This document shows positions 54,745 through 64,000 of a stretch of DNA of 64,000 nucleotides, one piece after another. This DNA comes from Naegleria gruberi (taxonomy: Eukaryota). Numbering within the stretch: the stretch's first letter is position 1; each line of letters begins with the position of its first letter. Where the stretch lies: the NCBI GenBank assembly GCA_000004985.1, contig GG738884.1, one strand, 5' to 3'. The position numbers were made by a program, and so were the translations under genes. The notes beneath the pieces were generated by a model. That model was not told the origin of the DNA. It was given only the letters and a program-made list of their open reading frames with translations, and ran no database searches.

Positions 54745-55716
54745 TTATTGAATGAGACATTTCTTCTTAACACTTCTTTCTAGTGCTTCCATTAAATCTT
54801 CTCTCTTAACGCAGACATCATTGAGACATGCCTCCTGTGTAAACTCGCTGTGAAATGGTAACATTGTTGGGCTAGGTTCTGATGTGAGATTGAATACTTT
54901 GTAAAATGAAAATCCAATATCTTTGAGTGATTGCTCAATTCTCTCTTGAGAAACGAGATGTGGACCACTTCCTAAGGAATTTAATATTACAAGGCAGGGA
55001 AATTTGTAGGTCTTTTTAAGTTCCAAACAGTATTTCAACCCATTAATCATGTATTGGAATGATTCCTCATTATCTGATCTACAAATGGAAAGTGCACTTT
55101 TAAATTTAGGTGTTTGGGGTGGATCAGCATTTAAATAATCTTTTAAGGTGTTAACTTTAATTTCCTTAATAGAAAAAGTCATGAAAAAGTCAACACACAC
55201 TTCGGTACGAGTATCGACAATGTCTGAATCAGGATTAGTGCTGGGTGTGGAGCTACCTTCAATCATTGAAACAATCTTGTGTTTTTCACAACCATCGTCT
55301 GAAATCAATCCACAGTCATAATAGGTCATTATTGAGGCAACAATAGAAGATAATATTGGTCTATAACTAGCTCTCTTCTCCTTTACAGCCTTTTTAAGGA
55401 GAGAATTGTTGGCATGACAAAGACCAGCAAATAAACTTTTCATATTTCCTTTGAAATGTTCATCAATAAAGTTCTGATAATCCTTCATCCACTGATCATC
55501 CAAATTAAATATTTGTTTGATTGCCATCCTCCAAAATCTATTCAGCAAATTCGTCATCTGTTTGTTTTTGCAATAAACCAATTCCAATTTACAAGCCATT
55601 CCGATATCATTGGTCAATAGGTGCTTCCTCCAATTATCTTGAAACACATCACAAAGTAGGAAATCAACAATAGACAAATGAATATCTTCTGGCAGATCAA
55701 AGAAAGTCTTTTCCAT
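54745..55716 (-). CDS. Hypothetical protein with an N-terminal F-box-like motif (323 aa)
   Basis: The N-terminus LPEDIHLSIVDFLLCDV is F-box-like. No other domain recognised. Confidence 0.45.
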   Translation of the reverse strand: MEKTFFDLPEDIHLSIVDFLLCDVFQDNWRKHLLTNDIGMACKLELVYCKNKQMTNLLNRFWRMAIKQIFNLDDQWMKDYQNFIDEHFKGNMKSLFAGLCHANNSLLKKAVKEKRASYRPILSSIVASIMTYYDCGLISDDGCEKHKIVSMIEGSSTPSTNPDSDIVDTRTEVCVDFFMTFSIKEIKVNTLKDYLNADPPQTPKFKSALSICRSDNEESFQYMINGLKYCLELKKTYKFPCLVILNSLGSGPHLVSQERIEQSLKDIGFSFYKVFNLTSEPSPTMLPFHSEFTQEACLNDVCVKREDLMEALERSVKKKCLIQ

Positions 55717-56276
55717 TATTTTTTTATTGTGATGATGAACTTTGATTGTTTAGTGCGATAATAGGGATTGTGTTCATCCAACATGATCAATCTAATAACC
55801 CAAGCAACAATATCAACTAAAATTTTCGTTTCTCAAATCTTGATAGATTATGCATAATCTCTATTCATTTGGGATGATGAGGTGGCCTAACAAGTTGAAC
55901 AAAACAAAGACGAACATACAGCAAACAAGTTGGAAATGATCAGAAAAGGTAAAAAAAAAACTCTTGCTGTACAGAGAGTGCACAAAGCCTTTATTTTGTC
56001 GGTTGCATCAACTTGTAAAACTTCATCATCAACATCACAACAATATTGTGTGTTCTCTCGTTCAACAAATTATTACGACCATCATTCTTTTAGAACAGTT
56101 TTAGTGGTGCTATCAATATATTCCAAACTCACCATTGAATAATTTCACTCACAAACCGCCGTTTTTTCCTTCCGTTAAATTTTTCAAATTTAATTTAATT
56201 GCAAACGGAAAAGTAATAAGAAAAGGCATTTTCTCTCTTTGATCATCTTCATCATTTTAGTAGTAATAAATATTAC

Positions 56277-57971
56277 TTGAGAATGAGTGCCTCATCAACA
56301 ACAACACCACATCTAATGTATGATGCTGTACCAGTTTTTACTCCAACTATGGAGGAGATGATGGATTTTACTGGATACATTGAACGAGTTGTGGATCCTG
56401 CCTGTATGTATGGTGGTATTTGCAAAGTAATTCCTCCAAAGGAATGGAAAGCCAATAGTTATAATATGGAAGATATTGATTTTGAAATTGCAACACCTAT
56501 CAGACAATATGCAGACGGAGCAAAAGGTGTCTTTCAATTATATTTAGAAGAAAGTAAACAAACAACATTTAAAAGATGGTACAAGTCTGTTACCGAACGT
56601 GCTCCTCCAATACCAGATAATATAACAGATTTAGAAGAACAAGTCGATTTTATGGAGAGAAAGATTTGGAAGAATATTGCATTCCGTGCTCCTCTCTATG
56701 GAAGTGATTTATATGGTTCATTGTTTGATGACCCAAAGACTCCTTGGAATTTAAATTATCTCGATTCATGTCTTTCTAAAGTATTAAAAAGACAAGGAAG
56801 TATACTACCAGGTATCAATGCACCATATCTATATGTAGGAAGTTATAAATCTTGCTTTGCTTGGCATTGTGAAGATTTGGATTTGTACAGTATTAATTAT
56901 ATGCACATTGGAAGTCCAAAGGTTTGGTACACAATTCCCTTCCCATATAAGAAACAATTTGAAGAATTAGCCAAAAAGTACTTCCCAGAGCCATTTAAGG
57001 GTTGTTCACAATTTCTCAGACACAAAACTACAGTAATTTCACCATTCACATTGAGAGAGGTTGGTATTAGAACAACTCGTGTGACTCAATTGCCTGGTGA
57101 GTTCATTATTACACTTCCTGGATCATATCACCAAGGGTTTAATTGGGATATTAATGTTAATGAGGCTGTAAACTTTGCTACTAGGAGATGGATTGATATT
57201 GGAAGAAATTGTTTAAGATGTACTTGTGATCCTGACACTGTGAGAATTAATTTGGATGGTATTGAGGAATATCTTGATGCAGAAGAGTCTCTACATGTAC
57301 ATGCTGATCATGCCAGTATACTGCCTCATGAACCAACAGATATTCTCGATTGTGATCCATCAACACTCCAATACTATGACCCTCAATTTGCTATGGATCC
57401 TACAGATCCATCTTATCCACTCTTTTTAGCAAATGCAGGGCTAGATATTGCTCCTGTTCCACATCAAATGCCAAATCCAGGAATGATTTCAAAATACTAT
57501 GACGAAATGAATGCATCCTACAGTTATCCATATAATATCCCAACTAAAGTTTTTAATCATGAAATTGATATGCCAATGCTTTCCAATATTAAGAGTGAGT
57601 TTGATGATTTTCCAATTACAGAATATAAGGTAGTCTCAAATGATGAAAAGTGTATCAAGATTAAAATCACAACTAATGGAGCTTTGGAGGGAGTAGAAGA
57701 ACAAGAAGAGGAAGAGGTTGAGGAAGAGGATGAAGAAGAATATGTACCAACAAAGAAAAAGAGATCATCGAGAAAGAAGGTTAAGAAGGAAAAGAAATCA
57801 TCCATTTCGAAACAATATAAAACTAGGAAGTCAACTACTACCACAACTGCAACTGCTGTTGCAACAATTACCACCACTGTAACTCCTCTTACTTGCTCCA
57901 CCATTTCGAAATCTCATCACCATCCTCTCTTTGCTAGGTTTTTCTCTAGGTCCAGACTTTTACGAAAATAA
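56277..57971 (+). CDS. JmjN/JmjC histone lysine demethylase (KDM4/JMJD2-like)
   Basis: JmjN: VPVFTPTMEEMMDFTGYIERVVDPACMYGGICKVIPPKEW. JmjC: YLYVGSYKSCFAWHCEDLDLYSINYMHIGSPKVWYTIPFPY...EFIITLPGSYHQGFNWDINVNEAVNFA, with the Fe(II) ligands H-x-E...H (HCED ... YHQGFN). The C-terminus is an acidic and basic low-complexity tail. Confidence 0.85.
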   Translation: MRMSASSTTTPHLMYDAVPVFTPTMEEMMDFTGYIERVVDPACMYGGICKVIPPKEWKANSYNMEDIDFEIATPIRQYADGAKGVFQLYLEESKQTTFKRWYKSVTERAPPIPDNITDLEEQVDFMERKIWKNIAFRAPLYGSDLYGSLFDDPKTPWNLNYLDSCLSKVLKRQGSILPGINAPYLYVGSYKSCFAWHCEDLDLYSINYMHIGSPKVWYTIPFPYKKQFEELAKKYFPEPFKGCSQFLRHKTTVISPFTLREVGIRTTRVTQLPGEFIITLPGSYHQGFNWDINVNEAVNFATRRWIDIGRNCLRCTCDPDTVRINLDGIEEYLDAEESLHVHADHASILPHEPTDILDCDPSTLQYYDPQFAMDPTDPSYPLFLANAGLDIAPVPHQMPNPGMISKYYDEMNASYSYPYNIPTKVFNHEIDMPMLSNIKSEFDDFPITEYKVVSNDEKCIKIKITTNGALEGVEEQEEEEVEEEDEEEYVPTKKKRSSRKKVKKEKKSSISKQYKTRKSTTTTTATAVATITTTVTPLTCSTISKSHHHPLFARFFSRSRLLRK

Positions 57972-57979
57972 ATTTAGTT

Positions 57980-59395
57980 TTACTCAACCAGATTTATTTG
58001 AATATTTTGCAAGAGTGGATGCTTAATAATAATGGTATCTGTCTCTAACTTAAAATTAATATTATTGGATGAAAGTTGGTACTGGACTTGATCTAAACTT
58101 TCCACTTCCAAAACCATTCTACTCAAACCATAAACTCTATTTGTTTCACACACTTCACTTCTATCACGACAAATTACTCTCAATTTTGGAGGTAATATTG
58201 ATGTGTTTGGAGCTATCATCTTGGAGAAATCCCACAAGTAATGTCTATAAGGCTCTATGACTTCCACATTTTGGGATCCAAATAATTTGATAAATGTTTT
58301 CAATCCTTCCACATCTTCTCTGACTGCTGTTGTTTGGAATTCAATTTCCCTACAAGACTTGATTTTGAGGTTTCCTAATGGGAAGTTTTTCAATTGCCAC
58401 ATATTTCTATTATTTCTTACGTATTTTACATTTTTTTCGGTAACCAATTTCATTACTAATTCAAAGAATGGATGATAATTAATGGTATATATTCCATGAT
58501 TCTTAAATGGTTCATTTCTGTAAATATACTTTCTGTAAAATTCCCACATGGTTCCAAATAAAAATGTTTGTTTAAATCCTATTATCTTTTTGTCTTCCAA
58601 TTTCAGTTTTGATAGCATCGACTTAGTCATGTAAAATTCATGATAATTCTTGAACTGGCTTGTGCAAATAATTCCTCTAGATTTAAGTATTTTCCTATCG
58701 GAATCTCCCGAAGCTGATGGAAAAAGTGAGACTCCCAATAATCCAAATGTGTGAACACTTCCAAAACTTGTGAGTAATGAGGCAATTCCATCAAGAGAGA
58801 GTAGATTGCGTTGTACAGATTGTTCCTCTTGCTTTTTTGCACCAACAACTCTCTCACCAAACAGTACAGTAAAGATATGACTAATATATCCTCTTATTTT
58901 GTTCAATCCAGGTTGTTCCACACATTGAATCTTGAAATTATTAAGAGAAACACATCCCATACGAGTTGATTGATCGATAGGGTAATTTTCCTTCTGAGAA
59001 AATGGTTGAAAACCATAAACAATCGGAAGCTTTAAATCCTTTGCAAAGAATTTAAATAATGCCTCAGCTTGATTTGAATAAAAAGTAACTTGTTCCAATG
59101 ATTTCACAATAGAATGCAAATTAGGATTATCACTACCACGTCGGAGCATACTATCAATTTGTTTATAAACATAATGTTCCTCCTCTTTAGAAAAATTGGC
59201 GGCAAATTGTTCTCTCATACCCAAGACTGTCTTTTTGAGAGTTTGAAATCCCAACCGATAGGCAAGCAATATTTGATTCACGAAAAACAAGCCTCCTCCG
59301 ATCAAGCCATTCCTCGACGAGGCTGCGTGGGAAGAATTTTCCAAATTTTGTTGTTGATTCATTTTTTTTAATATAATTTTAATTTTTTCAATCAA
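57980..59395 (-). CDS. Hypothetical 471-aa protein
   Basis: Single ORF with coding-like composition. Its stop codon lies 8 bp from the JmjC gene stop on the opposite strand. No domain confidently recognised. Confidence 0.45.
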   Translation of the reverse strand: MIEKIKIILKKMNQQQNLENSSHAASSRNGLIGGGLFFVNQILLAYRLGFQTLKKTVLGMREQFAANFSKEEEHYVYKQIDSMLRRGSDNPNLHSIVKSLEQVTFYSNQAEALFKFFAKDLKLPIVYGFQPFSQKENYPIDQSTRMGCVSLNNFKIQCVEQPGLNKIRGYISHIFTVLFGERVVGAKKQEEQSVQRNLLSLDGIASLLTSFGSVHTFGLLGVSLFPSASGDSDRKILKSRGIICTSQFKNYHEFYMTKSMLSKLKLEDKKIIGFKQTFLFGTMWEFYRKYIYRNEPFKNHGIYTINYHPFFELVMKLVTEKNVKYVRNNRNMWQLKNFPLGNLKIKSCREIEFQTTAVREDVEGLKTFIKLFGSQNVEVIEPYRHYLWDFSKMIAPNTSILPPKLRVICRDRSEVCETNRVYGLSRMVLEVESLDQVQYQLSSNNINFKLETDTIIIKHPLLQNIQINLVE

Positions 59396-59967
59396 TTTCC
59401 ATTTCTGAAGAATTTACATAGAGAAAAATTGTTTTTTTAAATGCAATGATCAATGATGAGGATTTGGAAGGAAGGGAATGATTTGGAGTTGGTACTTATT
59501 TTGATTCGAGTCATTTCAATGTAAATAAACCATTTCTTTATTGGACATGTTTTAAGATTTTCAATGCTCATGATGAATTGCTGTTTATCTGAGAGATATA
59601 GAGATACTTCAGCAGCTTCAATTTTGATGACATTTCTTACTAATAATCGTACCAACACTCTTGCTACGCTTCACTCTTAAAGAGATCTTTGACAACACAT
59701 ACTAAAAAAATGGATTTCTCGATTTTGAAAAAAAATAGTAAAAAGTTCTAGTTAGAAGAACCTTAATACAACTCATTAATCGGTAATCTTACCAAAATCC
59801 CTCTAAATTCCCTCACTGAGAGTCAAAATCATCACCATTGCTCGGATGTTTGATGACCTTCTATTCACTAATTTTTAAACAATTACCTAGCCAGCACTGA
59901 AGATTTAACTAAGAGCAACGCTATTACTCAGTAAATGAAATAGATCTTAAAACGGACGAGTTTACAT

Positions 59968-62900
59968 TTATTTGGAGTTCTCCTCCTTTGAATCATCTTG
60001 TTTTTGGGGTTGGCTGGTTTCCTCAATGTCCTCAATTTCCAAATCATCTTCCTTATGTCTTGGAGAAGCTTCAACAGACTCATCAGAAGTGAACATATCA
60101 TACTCACCCTTAAAGTAAGACATGGATTTCTCTGTTAGTTTCATAGGGAATCTGTTTTCAAATTGGAATCTTGGATGAGGTACATTGAATTTGTTCTTTA
60201 GGTTGGTGTCTTTCTTCAGCTCTTCAATTCCTTGCTCAACATAATTTACCAAAACATCGGCAGTCATTTCCCTCCTGAATATTTCCCTGTTTGTATCATT
60301 CTCAAACACAGCACAAATAAGGGTTGGGAATAATATTTGCTTGTTTTGGTTGTCCGAAAAATATTGGTCTGGTAATGAAATTAATCTCTGTAGAATGGTT
60401 GGGTTCCTTCCATTGTGATAGTGGAGCATATCTTGATTGGATTGATTTTCCAAGCAGAAATATCCAATGAGAAGAATAATTTCATTCAAGAGGTCTGGAA
60501 TGTGAATTTTAAGATTGGATGCAATAGCAGAATCATATACAATCAGTGTTGGATCATAGTTGACGGATTCTATAAAACTCAAAAGGAATCCAATTATGTG
60601 GAACAATTCTGTTTGGAAAGTATCTCCCAGAATTTTCTGGATGAAATCAAGATCAATGCATGCCAAGTTGTTTAAAATTCTAAATGCTAGGAATGTTATT
60701 CTGAGGGCAAGGTCATTGAGTTCTGGTTTGTTTTTACCTCTCAAAGGTCCACTAGCAAGAACAATAGTTGATAATACAGGTAGGACGTCAATAACATTAA
60801 TTGATTGGAATTTAGCGATGAGGTTTTCAATTTCTGGTCCCTTTTTTTGAACATAGACAGGTAAATGTCTAAGTTTGGCATACGTGAATGTTGTCATCAC
60901 TCTGATAAGCTCCAAAGATTTAAGAATGAAAGAAGATCTTTCTTGTAATTGGAATTCATCAACATAGATTACATGTGATTTGATAATATCCAATAGTTTG
61001 GTACTGACAATAAAGTCAATCAAGTAGTCTTTAAACATTACTTCCACTTCAACAATCTCAGCAGAAGGTGTTTGCAATAGTTTGGTAATAATTACCACCA
61101 TCATTTCCAATTCAGCAAGTGATGTGGGTTGATTACCTAGCTCAATAGTTGCTTGTAAAACTGAGCAAATTAGGTTGTTAGTATTAATGTAAATTAGATT
61201 ATCCTTAAGCTTGCAGAGAGAATTGAGTGCCTGAATGTAGGCAGATCTTTCGTCTGCATCCTTGGCAAGTGCCATTTGAGAACACACACAATCCAAGGCG
61301 CCTTCATCTCTGAGAGATTCCAAAATATCAGATCTACTAATTCTAGATAAAGACAAAAGTGCTTGGATGAGTACATCAGATTTAGGTTGATTCTTGATGT
61401 TTTGTACTGTCTTTTTGAAAAGATTTGATTTCGGTTTGGCTTTTGGTTTGATTTGAATGAGCTTTTTCTCCATAGCTTCAAAGGCTTTGGTGAATTTTTG
61501 TTTGGCTCTTTTGAATTTCTTACTCGATTTCTTATTTTCGTTAGTGCTATCCTCTTCAGCAGCAACGATTGGAGATGGTGAGACAACATTATATTCGACT
61601 TTTGGTGGGGATAGAGCTCTCTTTCTAGCTTCTTCAACTTTCTTCAAGTCAATGGATGCCTTTGCCTTCTTAGTTTCTATAGTTTTAGTCTTTCTATCCT
61701 CAGCAGCTTCAAGCTTTTTCTCTAATTTTTCTGACAAGTGTTGTGTAGAGAGCTCGGTTTCCTTCTTGGTCTTTTGGATCTTTTTTTCATATTCGACCTT
61801 TTTGCTGATTCTTTCAGCAGATTCCTTCTCTTTTTGCTCTTTAATGAGTTCGACTTTCTTCTCTTTAGCCTTAATACTTTCAAGGAAAGTTTGTTGGCGT
61901 TCAATTTCTAATTGTTGTCTTCTCATCTTGGCTGCTCTCTCCTTTTCTAGATCCTTAGTGCATTTGACTTTGATTTTATGTTGCTCTCTTTCTCTTCTTT
62001 CTTGGGAGGCTGTTAATTTTTGATCGAGTTGGAACTTGTTCTTTTCTTCTTCGAGAGATTTAATAAATTTGACTTCTTCAACCTTTTCGCTTTCTTTTCT
62101 GGCCTCTTCCATAACTTTCTTGATGTGTATTTGGTTATTCTTTCTTGCTCTTTCGTGCTTTTCTTCTTGTTTCTTTTTAGTTTCTTCCAGTTCCTTTTCT
62201 CGTTTTTTCAAAACTTCCTTTTGTTTTTCTGCCTCCTTTAAGAATTTGACCTCTTGTTGAATTTGTTTTGTTTGTCTATTCCATGCTGATTTGGCCATCT
62301 TTTCCTCTTGTCTTCTTCTAATGTCCTCTGGTGACAACCTCTTTCTGTTTGGGGATGAAAGTCTTTCCCTTACAGACATCATATCAGGAGAACTGGGAGG
62401 AGAGTTTTCTGGGCTTGATACAACATCTGCCCAAGCTCTTCCCTGAGTTCCAAATGAAGGACTATTGAACAAATCTTCAAATGAGGTACTGATATTGATC
62501 TGGCTAGTTGAATTAGATGGTGTTGTATCGCTCAATAATGAAGAATTAACATCATTGACAGTTTGTTTTGATAATAATTCAGAAAAATCTTTGACAGCTG
62601 ACTGAAATATATTACAAATTTCAGAAGTAAATTCACTTCCATTTTGCTCGCATTCTTTAAATAAATCCTCAATTATTCTTTTGGAAAATTAAATTAGTAT
62701 AACAAAATAAAATACTACACAAACCTTCTTACTTCATCAGTTGTCAATTTAGTTTCCTCAACAGGTGAAATGACTGGAACAAGCATCTTTTTAGGAACTA
62801 TTTGTTTCTTTGGACTCCTGGTGATAGAAGCATTTCCAACTCTAAATGAATGAAGATTTTTCTGAGATAATGTTTTTGGAGTAATGATAGACTCCTTTTG

Positions 62901-62999
62901 TTTTGGAGACAAGATCTCATGATGTGCATTACTCATAAAATGTAAATTTAAATGTGGAGGTGATTTCCAAACACTATTCGAAGCAATACTATTGTCCAT
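59968..62999 (-). CDS. Large E/K-rich coiled-coil protein with a C-terminal helical-repeat-like domain. Proposed two exons: join(59968..62667,62733..62999); the 5' end is uncertain.
   Basis: ORF 62715..62999 ends ...TTDE at a GAA|GTAAGA donor. The frame of the large ORF stays open upstream of its first listed codon (...IIEDLFKECEQNGSEFTSEICNIFQSAVKDFSELLSKQTVNDVNSSLLSDTTPSN...). An acceptor at ATTGAG|GAT (intron 62668..62732, 65 nt) keeps phase. The central approximately 300 aa are a heptad coiled coil (EEKMAKSAWNRQTKQIQQEVKFLKEAEKQKE...). The upstream low-complexity ORF 62948..63178 may be an additional 5' exon or UTR. Confidence 0.45.
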
Positions 63000-63528
63000 A
63001 AATTGATTATGATGGTCGGAAGTTGCAACACTCCATTTAATGAATTTGTAGTTGCAGCAGCATAACTCGATATTGTTGTTGTTGATGATGAAGATGTATT
63101 ATTATTGTTTAGTGATGATGCAGACGGTACTTGTGTTGCAGCAGGTGAAGATGAGCCACCGCTTGGCAACTTGTCCATTTTTTTTATTGTGAAGAATACA
63201 TCAGCATATTGAAAATGGAAGCCTTTTCAAGCGATTGGCGCTCAAATAATCTACAGTAATCCTTATGATTGAAATACAAAGAAAATATTTCGAGTTCCCT
63301 TAAGACTGTGCAAAAATTGTAATGAACGGAAGGCTTCGGTAAGGATTGAGGTTGATGGACCATCTCTTGTGGGAAGAATGAACATTAAGGAATGAAGAAT
63401 TGATTAAATTTGGAATTTTTAATTGTTGATCATATTGTATACAATGGATCATCAATACTTTTGTTTTCGAACTGTGACTCCTATTTTTACAAATATATTA
63501 GAAACAATTTAAAATTATTAGTTAAAAA

Positions 63529-64000
63529 ATGTCAATTCTTTCGTATGATCCCGAAAATCGGATTGAAAAGATAATTTCAAATTCTACCTATTTATTTGAT
63601 AATACTTACGGATTTCAATTTATCAGCATGGCTAGTTCCTTTCGTGTGGTATGTGATAAATTCTTACAAAATAGGAAGATAATATTTTCAGTTGCACCTC
63701 TTTGGAGTCAACAATTATGCTTGTTTCGTCGGAAAAGAATTAGAGGGTGAGCAAGATTTATACTTTATCAATGTAATGGAAGAGGAAATCATTGGAACAT
63801 CTGCCAATATCAACTCTGTAGTTTTGCTTGTCCAACACAAAAAGTCAAAGAGAACCAGAATTTTTATTAGAGAACCGAAAAACCATCTTTCTAAAGTTTA
63901 TAATACACACAACATTGATGGAATTGAGTGGAGAGAAGTTTTGGATTTGGAAACTCTGTTATTGGATGGTGAATGGATAATTACTTGTTCATGCTCTTGG
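63529..64000 (+). CDS. Partial gene running off the window: small globular protein, at least two exons, join(63529..63648,63692..>64000)
   Basis: Exon 1 (MSILSYDPENRIEKIISNSTYLFDNTYGFQFISMASSFRV) ends GTG|GTATGT. A 43-nt intron is followed by exon 2, open to the window edge (LHLFGVNNYACFVGKELEGEQDLYFINVMEEEIIGTS...). The function is not recognised; a longin/roadblock-like fold is only a guess. Confidence 0.35.

Noticed and set aside
62948-63178. S/T/N-rich ORF (MDKLPSGGSSSPAATQ...) as a separate gene upstream of the coiled-coil gene
   Set aside because: It overlaps the 5' end of ORF 62715..62999 in another frame and has no clean splice that joins it in phase. It is more likely 5' UTR or an unresolved first exon than an independent gene, and it is left unannotated.
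1-64000. Prokaryotic-style systems such as CRISPR arrays, restriction-modification, toxin-antitoxin, IS elements and operons
   Set aside because: The sequence is clearly eukaryotic: it has spliceosomal introns, snRNP, LC8, NOG1 and a cytosolic aaRS. No direct-repeat/spacer arrays and no transposase ORFs were seen.

Overview
This window is eukaryotic nuclear DNA, not prokaryotic. It is AT-rich (about one third GC by eye) and uses the standard genetic code. Genes are densely packed on both strands, with few and very short spliceosomal introns (40-114 nt, modal 46 nt, GTAAGT/GTATGT donors, AG acceptors). Gene content and style point to an amoebozoan, most likely a dictyostelid social amoeba, though I cannot confirm the species. 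The evidence is Q/N/P/Y-rich low-complexity proteins, HAP2/GCS1, a Hippo-like kinase with SARAH tail, a calpain-like pseudoprotease, and fusion-type ABC and receptor proteins. I can support about 36 protein-coding genes, many reconstructed across introns that the ORF track splits. I also find three tRNA genes, two of them inverted copies of tRNA-Lys(CUU) plus one tRNA-Ile(AAU), and an SRP (7SL) RNA gene. There are no CRISPR arrays, IS elements or prokaryotic defence systems. The most unusual items are: (i) a 1734-aa ABCG half-transporter with a roughly 1000-aa N-terminal Cys-rich ectodomain; (ii) a 1778-aa multi-TM receptor combining an ANF-receptor/PBP1 domain, about 11 Kelch blades and ephrin-receptor-like Cys modules; (iii) a HAP2/GCS1-type gamete fusogen candidate; (iv) a 7SL RNA hidden under a spurious ORF; (v) an inverted tRNA-Lys pair with rearranged flanks bracketing a 4.8 kb three-gene block; (vi) a uniform 46-nt mini-intron class; and (vii) same-strand intergenic spacers as short as 27 bp and convergent genes whose stops lie 8-11 bp apart.
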